In this document: one piece after another, positions 50,127 through 58,544 of the stretch
How positions within the stretch are numbered: position 1 is the stretch's first letter
How the letters are laid out: every line of letters begins with the position of its first letter
The notes under the pieces: generated by a model
Seen by the model: the letters and a program-made list of their open reading frames with translations, nothing else
Database searches by the model: none
Told to the model about the DNA's origin: nothing
Translations under genes and position numbers: made by a program
From: an uncultured Candidatus Saccharibacteria bacterium
GTDB taxonomy: Bacteria > Patescibacteriota > Minisyncoccia > Phycocordibacterales > DATDWN01
NCBI GenBank assembly: GCA_964596875.1
Contig: CAZQVT010000001.1
Location: forward strand, 107,255-171,254
Reading direction: 5' to 3'
Length of the DNA: 64,000 nucleotides

Positions 50127-50666
50127 ATGCAAGAGGCAACTCCTTTTTCAGACACTATTTCATTATTAGCACTTATTATTTCTTTCGGAGCTTTGGCATG
50201 GAACATAGTTAGAGATTTTGTTTTAGACCGAGTAAAGATAGAGTTTTTCATATCAATGGGGCACATGAGGCAGATTAAAGGTAGTCCCACTGCATTATTT
50301 GCTGAACATGGTGTATTTAGTGATGAAATAGAAAATTCAAAATTGATGTTAACTATGATAAACAATAGTAGAAGGCATTTATATCTTCAAAAAGTTCAGG
50401 GAAAATTCAAGACAGTAATTGAAAATAATAAAGTTTATTTTTCTGTTGCTGTTGCTGGTTTGCCTAAAAAACTCGAATCTTATGAAATGTTTTCTGCAGT
50501 ATCAGATATGGTTCCGAGTGATATTCTATTGGAAAATTTAATTAAAAATAATATTGATTCAATTTGGGTGGAGGACACTTCTAATCACAAATGGTATATA
50601 ACCAAGACCAATCTTGAAAAATTAAGAGAAACGGCTTTTCAGATAAAAAAAGGTGAGCCACAATAA
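50127..50666 (+). CDS. hypothetical protein with N-terminal TM
   Basis: AT-rich. 179 aa. Confidence 0.35.
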   Translation: MQEATPFSDTISLLALIISFGALAWNIVRDFVLDRVKIEFFISMGHMRQIKGSPTALFAEHGVFSDEIENSKLMLTMINNSRRHLYLQKVQGKFKTVIENNKVYFSVAVAGLPKKLESYEMFSAVSDMVPSDILLENLIKNNIDSIWVEDTSNHKWYITKTNLEKLRETAFQIKKGEPQ

Positions 50667-50753
50667 TTTGCTTTTCGTCAAAAGCAAATTTTCCAGCCCC
50701 GGACTCAGCCGTTTTTCTTGCTAGAAAAACATGCTTCCGTCTTCACAAAAGCG

Positions 50754-50784
50754 AAAAAAGACTAGAGCAGTCTAGTCTTTTTTG
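50754..50784. terminator. bidirectional hairpin AAAAAAGACTAGAGCAGTCTAGTCTTTTTT
   Basis: Perfect stem with flanking A and T runs. Confidence 0.65.
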
Positions 50785-50798
50785 CACGCGGGCTTTTG

Positions 50799-50870
50799 TG
50801 ACCCTATGGGGAGTCGAACCCCAATTGCAGCCTTGAGAAGGCCGCGTCCTAACCATTAGACGATAGGGCC
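50799..50870 (-). tRNA. tRNA-Glu (CTC)
   Basis: Reverse complement GGCCCTATCGTCTAATGGTTAGGACGCGGCCTTCTCAAGGCTGCAATTGGGGTTCGACTCCCCATAGGGTCA folds as a cloverleaf. Anticodon loop TTCTCAA. CCA not encoded. Confidence 0.8.
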
Positions 50871-51067
50871 AATGTAAATTCTAAAAATCTTGAGAAAACT
50901 TCGTCCTAGTCACGTATCAAAGTCTGCTGACTTTGTACGCGACCCCACCTCACGCCGACGCGTTCCGGTCGTTCGTTTGGGTCCCAGCCCAAACTTCACC
51001 GCCATACGATAAGGCCATGAGGAACAAGGTGATAATAACATTTATAGAGAAACTTTCAAACGTTGTT

Positions 51068-51097
51068 TTGACAGTGATGAAAAATGTGTGCTATAGT
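51068..51097 (+). promoter_or_regulatory. sigma70 promoter TTGACA-18-TATAGT
   Basis: Upstream of a structured leader (CAACCTACC..GGTAGGTTG) and ORF 51161. Confidence 0.5.
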
Positions 51098-51160
51098 TTT
51101 GAGTGGACAACCTACCGCATGTGCAGTCGCACAAGGCTTCGGGTAGGTTGCGAGGGGATT

Positions 51161-51286
51161 ATGCTCGAGAGTTTCAGACTCGTTTTTGAGGGCGTGGTTC
51201 AGTATCTTCCACCCCCTCAGGTTCTCATCGGATGTCTCATCGCGGGTGAAATGGTTCGTGACCTGCATGACCATTTCGTACGGTAA
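51161..51286 (+). CDS. GC-rich micro-ORF (41 aa, MLESFRLVFEGVVQYLPPPQVLIGCLIAGEMVRDLHDHFVR)
   Basis: RBS GAGGGG 3 nt before the ATG. Terminator CCCCGTG..CACGGGGTTTTT at 51311-51353. Confidence 0.35.
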   Translation: MLESFRLVFEGVVQYLPPPQVLIGCLIAGEMVRDLHDHFVR

Positions 51287-51359
51287 CCTCCGCACGAACA
51301 ACAACATCGGCCCCGTGGGTGTGTGCAATGCGCGCACGCTCACGGGGTTTTTCGTATAC

Positions 51360-51388
51360 TTGACAGAATAGGGTTATATGGTGTATAA
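51360..51388 (+). promoter_or_regulatory. consensus sigma70 promoter TTGACA-17-TATAAT
   Basis: TTGACAgaatagggttatatggtgTATAAT. Followed by a 5' UTR with hairpins CAGTGGTAA..TTACCACTG and CTTGCatatcGCAAG. Confidence 0.6.
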
Positions 51389-51451
51389 TAATGGCAGGAC
51401 AGTGGTAAACTCTTGCATATCGCAAGGTGTTACCACTGCCGGGAGAACACC

Positions 51452-51559
51452 ATGTTCACACCCTTCGAACTCACGTTGACCCTCACGATCTTCGTCGGTC
51501 TCGGCGTCGTCCAGGCGCTCGCCAGGCGCGACCTCGTTCTGTCCATCCGGAAGCGCTAG
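51452..51559 (+). CDS. 35-aa hydrophobic peptide (MFTPFELTLTLTIFVGLGVVQALARRDLVLSIRKR), type I toxin-like
   Basis: Single TM helix plus basic C-terminus. Structured 5' UTR, RBS GGGAG, and terminator GAGCCTCTACGC..GCGTAGAGGCTC plus T-run at 51580-51620. Confidence 0.4.
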   Translation: MFTPFELTLTLTIFVGLGVVQALARRDLVLSIRKR

Positions 51560-51665
51560 ACGCACCTCCGGCCCACATCGAGCCTCTACGCACAACATCG
51601 CGTAGAGGCTCATCTTTTTTATATGATATTTAAAAAAAACAAATAAAATGATATATTAGGAAAAT

Positions 51666-52013
51666 ATGATAACAGCAATAAAATCTTTTAAATACGCGGT
51701 ACGCGGACTAACGAACACATGGAAGGAAGAAAGAAATTTTAAGATAGAGGTTTTTGTGGGGTTTGTAGTGCTTTTCTACGCTTTCTATTTTAGTTTTACT
51801 TTTGCTGAAATAGTTTTCTGTCTTATCGCAGTAACAATGGTGCTAGTTGCAGAAATCATCAACACTATCGTGGAGGATTTGTGTAACAAGGTACAACCAA
51901 ACCAGGACCCAGCAATAGAAAAAATAAAAGACATGTCAGCGGCTTTTGTACTACTTACTGTGCTTTCATCTGTTTTTATCGGAGTTATGGTTCTGATAAA
52001 CCACTTTACATAG
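51666..52013 (+). CDS. dgkA: diacylglycerol kinase (prokaryotic DgkA family)
   Basis: MITAIKSFKYAVRGLTNTWKEERNFKIE and 3 TM. 115 aa. Confidence 0.8.
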   Translation: MITAIKSFKYAVRGLTNTWKEERNFKIEVFVGFVVLFYAFYFSFTFAEIVFCLIAVTMVLVAEIINTIVEDLCNKVQPNQDPAIEKIKDMSAAFVLLTVLSSVFIGVMVLINHFT

Positions 52014-52014
52014 A

Positions 52015-52713
52015 ATGAAGTATCTAGATGTATCCAAGGAAGTTAAAAAGCTTTCAAGTAAAGAAAGAGCTACTCGTTCGCAGTCATTTTTTAAAACAGG
52101 AAAAGGAGAGTACGGTTTCGGAGATATTTTTATAGGTCTTACAGTGCCAGAAATGAAACTTGTTGCCAAAAAGTATAAAGAAATAGACTTTGTTGAGGTA
52201 CAAAAACTTTTAGACTCTAAAATTCACGAAGAAAGGTTTATTGGGCTAACCATTTTGGATTTGAAGTTTGAAAAGGCAAATGAAATACTACGGAAGAAAA
52301 TAGTGAGCATGTACCTAAAAAATACAAAAAATGTAAACAACTGGGATTTGGTAGATACATCTGCGTCATATATTTTAGGAAGGTATCTTTTGGATAAAAA
52401 AAGAGATGTTTTGTATAAATTCTCAAAATCAAAAAATCTATGGGAGAGAAGAATAGCAATAGTTGCAACCTACGAGTTTATTAGAAACAAACAATATTCC
52501 GATACTCTAAGTATTTCAAAAGTTTTACTGGGGGACAAGAAAGATTTGATCCACAAGGCAGTTGGCTGGATGCTACGCGAGGTCGGCAAGAAAGATGAGG
52601 CTATCTTAAAAAAGTTTTTAATTGAAAACATAAAAGAACTCCCACGAACCACACTAAGGTATGCCATTGAAAGATTTGCAGAACCTGAAAGAAAAAAGTT
52701 TCTAAGCATGTAG
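52015..52713 (+). CDS. DNA alkylation repair protein (AlkD-like HEAT-repeat glycosylase)
   Basis: About 230 aa, all-helical, with WDLVD and W..RE motifs typical of the family. Confidence 0.6.
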   Translation: MKYLDVSKEVKKLSSKERATRSQSFFKTGKGEYGFGDIFIGLTVPEMKLVAKKYKEIDFVEVQKLLDSKIHEERFIGLTILDLKFEKANEILRKKIVSMYLKNTKNVNNWDLVDTSASYILGRYLLDKKRDVLYKFSKSKNLWERRIAIVATYEFIRNKQYSDTLSISKVLLGDKKDLIHKAVGWMLREVGKKDEAILKKFLIENIKELPRTTLRYAIERFAEPERKKFLSM

Positions 52714-52757
52714 ATATTTTTCTATCCAAAAGAAAATTCATTTAGTACAATATAAGG

Positions 52758-55493
52758 ATGGAAAATCCTACTAACCAGCGCTTTGCTACACCAGAAGCTG
52801 AAATTGCTTACTTGCGAGAGCAGATTTCTAACAAAGAAAAAATTCTTCGCGAAACAAACCCAAACTTAAACAGTGAAGAAGTTGTAAAAGAAGAAATAGA
52901 AAAATACAAAAATGCTTTGTCGCACGAAGTTTTGGACGAAACCTTGCAACTTTCAAAAGTAGACATGGAGTCTATTGTTTTAAACCTAGAACCAGAGACT
53001 CATGATAACAAAATAGAGGAACTTTTAAGTATTTTAAATACAAAAGGCATCAAAAACGCGATGTCTGTTTTGGCAGAAATGAAAGACCCGCACTTAGAAG
53101 ACGATTTTCATAGGTTTTTAGTGCAATATATAAAACATGGCTATGAGGCAAAAGGTGTAAGTATTTCTGTAGATGAGTTTCGTGGACTAGATATGACTTT
53201 GTTTGAGGTTGTTTTGCCAGAAGAAGCAGGGGAACATAATAAAAAGCCACTAAAGGAACTTGTTTCTAGTATGGAACAGTTTTTGGCCGGAATGCTGTCA
53301 GTTGTAAATGAAAACGGCACAAGAGACTACTCTAAAAACTATATTGTACTTGAAATAGCAAACCCAAACGGTAGTGACCAGTTTGTTTTCTATGTTGCAG
53401 TGCCAAACTCGTATAGACAACTTTTTGAAAAACAGATCATTTCTGTATTTCACAATGCAGTTCTAAACGAGGCAGTGTGTGACTACAATATTTTCAATAC
53501 TGACGGTGTTTCTGTCGGTTCTGTTCTAGAGGCAACCGTAAATCCCATCTACCAGTTTAAAACCTACGAGAGTTTTGACCACGACCCAATGAACGTTATC
53601 TTAAACTCTTTTTCTAAAATCCAAAAAGAAGGTGAGGGCGCGGGTATCCAAATAGTTTTTGCTCCAAAAGACGACTATTTCCTGAAAAATTATAAATACG
53701 CTATAGAACAAATAGAAAATGGTGAAAAAGTAAAAGACGCTATATATCTTCCAGAAACAATTGCCGGAAGTTTTGGTAAAGGTCTAAAGTCTTTGTTCAA
53801 AGCGTCTCCAAAAGAAGAAGAAAAAAAACCAGTAGATACAGAAGCGATAGATAAGATTAAAAAGAAAATGAGTAGTGTGATAGTGGCTACAAACATTCGT
53901 CTTATCGCTTCTGCAAAAACCAGACTAGAAGCTGAAAAGATTTTGCAAACACTAGAGTCTAGTTTCAACCAGTTTTCTGACCCTAGTGCAAACGGCTTGA
54001 AAGCAAAAAGACTAGACAAAGCAAGTTTGGAAAAAATGTTTAGAAACTATTCTTTTCGAAGTTATAACCACAACGAACTTTTACCTCTAAACCTTCATGA
54101 GGTTACTTCGCTGTACCACTTCCAAAACAATGGACTTTCACCTACGCCACAACTAAAACAAACACAGGCTGTTTCTGCTCCTGCTCCTGCAGAAATGACT
54201 GCAGGCGGAACACTTTTGGGAACGAACACATATAGAAACACTGACACCGCAATATATATAAAAGACAACGACCGTTTGAGACATACATATACTATTGGTC
54301 AGACAGGTACAGGTAAAACAACCTTGCTTGTAAATATGATCATGCAGGACATAAACCAGGGAAATGGTTGCTGTTTTATCGACCCACACGGAAGTGATGT
54401 ACAAAATATTCTTTCAAATATTCCAAAAGATAGAATAAAAGACGTGATTTATTTTGATCCAAGTTATACAGAAAGACCGATGGCACTAAACATGCTGGAG
54501 TATGATAGAAGTCATCCTGAACAAAAAACTTTTGTGGTAAACGAGTTGTTTAGTATCTTCCAAAAACTATATGGAGGCGTGCCAGAGTCTTTGGGGCCAA
54601 TGTTCGAGCAATACTTTAGAAACGCAACAATGCTTGTGATAGAAGACCCAGACACAGGATGCACTTTGCTTGATGTTTCCAGAGTTATGACAAACAAAGC
54701 CTTTCGAGATATGAAAGTAGCCAACTGTAAAAACCCAGTAGTTGTTCAGTTCTGGAAAGAAATAGCTGAAAAAGCAGGCGGTGAAGCAAGTTTGGCAAAC
54801 ATTGTTCCATATATTACTTCAAAGTTTGATGTATTTTTGGCAAACGATATTATGCGACCTATAGTAGCGCAAGAAAAATCTTCTTTTGATTTCCGAAAGA
54901 TAATGGATGAAAAGAAAATACTTCTTGTAAACCTTTCAAAGGGAAGATTGGGGGACATAAACGCCAACCTTATCGGTCTTATACTTGTAGGTAAAATACT
55001 TATGGCTGCACTTTCTCGTGTGGACAAACTTGGCACAGAAGACTTGCCTCCTTTCTATCTATATATAGACGAGTTTCAAAATATTACGACAAACTCTATT
55101 TCAACTATTCTTTCTGAGGCAAGAAAATATAAACTTTCTTTAAATATTGCGCACCAGTTTATCGCCCAACTTCAACAGGAAATAAAAGATGCTGTGTTTG
55201 GAAATGTTGGTTCAATGTTTGTGTATCGTGTGGGTGCAGAAGATGCGGAGTTTCTAGAAAAACAGTTCTCGCCTGTGTTTACTGCAAAAGATATTATGAA
55301 TATCGACAACTATAATTTTTATACAAAAATGTTGGTAGATGGAAAAACAGTAAAAGCGTTCAATGTAAAAGCAAACCCAGCACCAAAAGGAAACCCTGGT
55401 GTAGTAGAAAACTTAAAACAACTTTCATATCTTACATACGGAGGGGATAGAGCAAAAATAGAAGAAGAGATACTGGCGAAATATAAAAAATAA
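52758..55493 (+). CDS. large P-loop ATPase, TraG/TraD/VirD4-like type IV secretion coupling-protein family (DUF87-like), orphan
   Basis: Walker A IGQTGTGKTT, DPHGS, Walker B LYIDEFQN. 911 aa with a long N-terminal soluble domain. No other T4SS genes in the window. Confidence 0.55.
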   Translation: MENPTNQRFATPEAEIAYLREQISNKEKILRETNPNLNSEEVVKEEIEKYKNALSHEVLDETLQLSKVDMESIVLNLEPETHDNKIEELLSILNTKGIKNAMSVLAEMKDPHLEDDFHRFLVQYIKHGYEAKGVSISVDEFRGLDMTLFEVVLPEEAGEHNKKPLKELVSSMEQFLAGMLSVVNENGTRDYSKNYIVLEIANPNGSDQFVFYVAVPNSYRQLFEKQIISVFHNAVLNEAVCDYNIFNTDGVSVGSVLEATVNPIYQFKTYESFDHDPMNVILNSFSKIQKEGEGAGIQIVFAPKDDYFLKNYKYAIEQIENGEKVKDAIYLPETIAGSFGKGLKSLFKASPKEEEKKPVDTEAIDKIKKKMSSVIVATNIRLIASAKTRLEAEKILQTLESSFNQFSDPSANGLKAKRLDKASLEKMFRNYSFRSYNHNELLPLNLHEVTSLYHFQNNGLSPTPQLKQTQAVSAPAPAEMTAGGTLLGTNTYRNTDTAIYIKDNDRLRHTYTIGQTGTGKTTLLVNMIMQDINQGNGCCFIDPHGSDVQNILSNIPKDRIKDVIYFDPSYTERPMALNMLEYDRSHPEQKTFVVNELFSIFQKLYGGVPESLGPMFEQYFRNATMLVIEDPDTGCTLLDVSRVMTNKAFRDMKVANCKNPVVVQFWKEIAEKAGGEASLANIVPYITSKFDVFLANDIMRPIVAQEKSSFDFRKIMDEKKILLVNLSKGRLGDINANLIGLILVGKILMAALSRVDKLGTEDLPPFYLYIDEFQNITTNSISTILSEARKYKLSLNIAHQFIAQLQQEIKDAVFGNVGSMFVYRVGAEDAEFLEKQFSPVFTAKDIMNIDNYNFYTKMLVDGKTVKAFNVKANPAPKGNPGVVENLKQLSYLTYGGDRAKIEEEILAKYKK

Positions 55494-55543
55494 ATTATGG
55501 GCCGATCGTGGCGTTCGACCAGCCCATAAACCGCAGGTTTGCA

Positions 55544-55750
55544 TTAGGCACCTCGAGCTTTCTTCAGAAGTTCGAGTCGGAGTCCTCTCGCGATTTCTCT
55601 CACATCCATCCTGATCCTTTCGTTCTCCTCGGTGTCGAGGGAGTTTCTGCGGAACGCTTCCTCGAAGATTTCACCGAGCAGGTTTGGGTTCGCTCCGCGT
55701 CTTATGAACTCTCTGTTCACTTCGCGAGCGATTTTTTCGGCGAGACTCAT
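55544..55750 (-). CDS. GC-rich small helical protein (68 aa)
   Basis: RBS AAGGAGG 5 nt before ATG 55750. About 60% GC. Second gene of a two-gene minus-strand cassette. Confidence 0.4.
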   Translation of the reverse strand: MSLAEKIAREVNREFIRRGANPNLLGEIFEEAFRRNSLDTEENERIRMDVREIARGLRLELLKKARGA

Positions 55751-55842
55751 AGGCACCTCCTTTCCGACATTATTATCGCACAATTTTTTGCATTGAAATA
55801 GGGGCGCGCCTTTCGACGTGCCCCCAGTTCGGCGAGGAGGAA

Positions 55843-55959
55843 CTAGTCCTTGTCGCCGTTCGGTAGCCCCCGGTAGTCGAGTCGGGGATCGGTCTTGCGA
55901 CCTTTCCACTTCACTGCAAACGAGGACTTCTTCACCTTACCTTCATTTTTCTTGGCCAT
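55843..55959 (-). CDS. GC-rich Lys-rich micro-protein (38 aa, MAKKNEGKVKKSSFAVKWKGRKTDPRLDYRGLPNGDKD)
   Basis: RBS AAAGGAGG 8 nt upstream. The segment ...KGRKTDPRLDYRGL has faint bL33-like character. Confidence 0.35.
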   Translation of the reverse strand: MAKKNEGKVKKSSFAVKWKGRKTDPRLDYRGLPNGDKD

Positions 55960-55983
55960 GATGTTGGCCTCCTTTCATTTATT

Positions 55984-56013
55984 ATTATACTACAATAACA
56001 CCTGAAGTGTCAA
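55984..56013 (-). promoter_or_regulatory. consensus sigma70 promoter TTGACA-18-TATAAT on the minus strand
   Basis: Minus strand reads TTGACActtcaggtgttattgtagTATAAT, driving the 38-aa and 68-aa ORFs. Confidence 0.55.
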
Positions 56014-56016
56014 GTG

Positions 56017-56529
56017 TTATGCGATTAGTTGGTCTACAACACGCTTAACAATGTCTCCGTCCGCTTTTCCTTTCAAATCCTTCATAAGTGTTCCCATAAA
56101 CATCCCTGCTTTAGATTTATCTATACTTCCTGCCTCTGCTAGTTTTATTTTTGCGAAAGCCCTCACGTCTTCCTCGGACATCATCTGTGGTAGGTATGCT
56201 TCAAGTACTTTTAGTTCAGCCTGTTCACTTTCAGCTAGTTCTGGTCGGCCACCTTTTGTAAACTGGTCAATAGAATCTTTTCTTTGTTTTACTGCTCGTC
56301 TGATAACATTTAGCACCTCTTCATCAGAAAGTGCATCCTGAGGCATTCTCTTTAGTGCCACAAGTTCGTTTGTAAAACCTGCTACTAGGCCTTTTACTAC
56401 GCCTAGTTTAACTTGGTCTTTTGCTAACATTGCTTCTTTAATTTGCCCTTTGATTGTTTCTTGTAGTGTCATATAAGTAAAGATTACCACAGGCCAGATA
56501 TTTTTGGTAGAATACTGTGATGGAACCAA
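56017..56529 (-). CDS. GatB/YqeY-domain protein
   Basis: LQETIKGQIKEAMLAKDQVKLGVVKGL, a YqeY signature. Confidence 0.75.
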   Translation of the reverse strand: MVPSQYSTKNIWPVVIFTYMTLQETIKGQIKEAMLAKDQVKLGVVKGLVAGFTNELVALKRMPQDALSDEEVLNVIRRAVKQRKDSIDQFTKGGRPELAESEQAELKVLEAYLPQMMSEEDVRAFAKIKLAEAGSIDKSKAGMFMGTLMKDLKGKADGDIVKRVVDQLIA

Positions 56530-57563
56530 TTACTATTATTTTGATATTAGTTGCACTTGGAGTTGGCTTTGCTATCGCGTATTTTTTACGACCAAAACAG
56601 GCAACAGACGAAACAGGACTGAAACTCATCCTACAGCAGATGAACGAACTTTCTCGTGTGGTGGATTCTAAAATAGGTGAGTCTACTCGCCAGATGAACG
56701 ACTCTGTCAGGCACCAACTAGGTGAGTCAGCAAACCTTATCCGCGAAGTGACTATTGGTCTTACTAAACTAGACGAAACCAACCGGCAAGTAGTTTCTTT
56801 TGCGGACCAGTTGCAAAACCTCCAGGACATACTTAAAAACCCGAAACAAAGAGGAATACTTGGTGAATACTATCTTGAAACACTTCTTAAAAATGTTCTG
56901 GCTCCAAACCAGTACCAGATGCAATATGGTTTCAAAAATGGAGAAATAGTAGACGCTGCTGTTTTTGTAAAAGACAAAGTTATCCCAGTGGACTCAAAGT
57001 TTTCACTAGAAAACTACAACAGAATGATAGAAACCACAGATACTACAGAGCGAAGTCGTCTTGAAAAACTTTTTGTAAACGACTTGAAACTTCGTATAAC
57101 AGAAACTGCAAAATATATTCGTCCGGAGGAAGGAACAATGGATTTTGCTTTCATGTTTATTCCACATGAGGCCATTTACTATGATCTCCTTATCAACAAA
57201 ATTGGCGCCCTTCAAGAAGATACAGAAAACTTAATCCAGCGTGCAGCTGGAAAATACAAAGTAATTATTGTTTCTCCAACTTCATTTTTAGCATATTTGC
57301 AGACAGTTTTGCAGGGGCTAAAAGCGCTACAAATAGAGGAAACTACAAAAGATATTATAAAAAGAGTGGGTGAAATAGGTACACATTTGAAAAAGTACGA
57401 GGAGTATCATAATAAACTCGGTACATCTCTTGCTACTGTGGTAAACCACTACAATGGCTCAAGTAAGGAGTTTAAAAAGATAGACAAGGACGTGATGCGT
57501 ATAACAGGGGAGTCCAATAGTTTTGAACCTCAACTCATAGACAAACCCGAGGAGGAGGAATAG
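56517..57563 (+). CDS. rmuC: DNA recombination protein RmuC
   Basis: N-terminal TM, coiled coil and DFAFMFIPHEAIYYDL nuclease-like motif. Confidence 0.8.
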   Translation: MMEPITIILILVALGVGFAIAYFLRPKQATDETGLKLILQQMNELSRVVDSKIGESTRQMNDSVRHQLGESANLIREVTIGLTKLDETNRQVVSFADQLQNLQDILKNPKQRGILGEYYLETLLKNVLAPNQYQMQYGFKNGEIVDAAVFVKDKVIPVDSKFSLENYNRMIETTDTTERSRLEKLFVNDLKLRITETAKYIRPEEGTMDFAFMFIPHEAIYYDLLINKIGALQEDTENLIQRAAGKYKVIIVSPTSFLAYLQTVLQGLKALQIEETTKDIIKRVGEIGTHLKKYEEYHNKLGTSLATVVNHYNGSSKEFKKIDKDVMRITGESNSFEPQLIDKPEEEE

Positions 57564-57611
57564 ACCAATAGGCTTGCATTTTAGGGGCTTTTTAGGTACT
57601 ATACTAGGGCT

Positions 57612-57929
57612 ATGGAATTCGCGATAATCAACACTGGTGGAAAGCAATACAAAGTCTCTAAGGGAGACACTCTTAAAATTGAGAAAATCAAAGGTGATTT
57701 CAAGGTAGGAGACAAGATCGTTTTCGATAAAGTTATGCTGGTAGAAAGTGGTAAGGACACTACTATTGGTACTCCATATATTGCAAAGGCATCTGTTGAA
57801 GCAACTCTAAAAGAAATCGGTAAAAACAAAACTGTAGAAGTTGTAAAATACAAGCAAAAGAGTAGATACTACAAACGAAACGGACACAGACAACCATACT
57901 TTAAGGTTGAAATTGCAGGAATAAAATAA
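57612..57929 (+). CDS. rplU: 50S ribosomal protein L21
   Basis: MEFAIINTGGKQYKVSKGDTLKIEKI. 105 aa. Confidence 0.9.
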   Translation: MEFAIINTGGKQYKVSKGDTLKIEKIKGDFKVGDKIVFDKVMLVESGKDTTIGTPYIAKASVEATLKEIGKNKTVEVVKYKQKSRYYKRNGHRQPYFKVEIAGIK

Positions 57930-57936
57930 ATAATAA

Positions 57937-57965
57937 AATGACCTCCGAAAGGAGGTTGTTTTTGT
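57937..57965. terminator. bidirectional terminator AAAATGACCTCCGAAAGGAGGTTGTTTTTG
   Basis: Perfect hairpin with A-run 5' and T-run 3'. Confidence 0.75.
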
Positions 57966-58540
57966 ATAAGGAAAAGGGCTAGGATCGAATGGTCACGTGG
58001 GGTGTGCGTAGAGACCAAGGATACCTAGCCCTTCTGCCGACTTGGGTCGGCTTCAGTTGAAACAGTATAAAGAGCGAGACCGGTAAGACCGATCTGGAGG
58101 GAAAACACGTTCCTCCACGTTGATGCGTGTATTTCACGCACCCCCGAAATCGAGCCTCCACATACTGGCCGCCAACCTATCGCCCTCACTAGGGTCGGGT
58201 TGGACATCATCCAGTCTCGCGTATTAACCAACATTTGTAATGCAGGCAAATACTCGAGACCGGCTTCTGTATGGAACTATAGCACAAATAAAAAATATTT
58301 CAACCATTAGAAAACGGTCGCCAGGCGACCGTCGTAGGTGGTTCCGTAGGAGTGTCGCAGTGTACAAACCGAAAGACAGTTCGGTTTGAATCCTTTTCTG
58401 TGCCACCAGAATGGTATATATCCTCGACGCAACATTCAAACCGTTACAGACTGGGTCGGGAGTCCCCAAGTGTGGAATCGGTGAAGGGCATCTAGAGAAT
58501 CTACACACGGCAGACCTAACTGAACCATTTCACATACTAT
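57966..58540. ncRNA. GC-rich structured region without credible ORF, candidate ncRNA(s); class and strand unresolved
   Basis: About 57% GC between rplU and recR. Stems GGGCTAGG..CCTAGCCC, GGAGGgaaaacacgttCCTCC, TGCGTGtatttcaCGCA, GTCGCCagGCGAC and AAACCGAAagacagTTCGGTTT. Internal minus-strand promoter-like TTGAAA-16-TATAGT (about 58270-58305). Confidence 0.35.
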
Positions 58541-58544
58541 ATTA

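Noticed and set aside
50933-51160. Long version (117 aa) of the island-j ORF
   Set aside because: It crosses the TTGACA-18-TATAGT promoter and the structured leader. The RBS-supported start is ATG 51161 (41 aa).
55843-55959. Calling the 38-aa Lys-rich ORF ribosomal protein bL33
   Set aside because: Only a short KxRKxDPxRLxY resemblance. It is too short and lacks the N-terminal beta-ribbon. Kept as hypothetical.
58025-58508. Three overlapping minus-strand ORFs (60-94 aa) in the 58-kb GC block
   Set aside because: They have no RBS and overlap one another. The region is better explained as structured RNA.
57966-58540. Identification of the GC block as tmRNA, RNase P or SRP RNA
   Set aside because: I could not find the tag-peptide ORF, a tRNA-like 3' end with a TTCGA T-loop, or the CR-I/CR-V or helix-8 consensus. 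It is left as unclassified.
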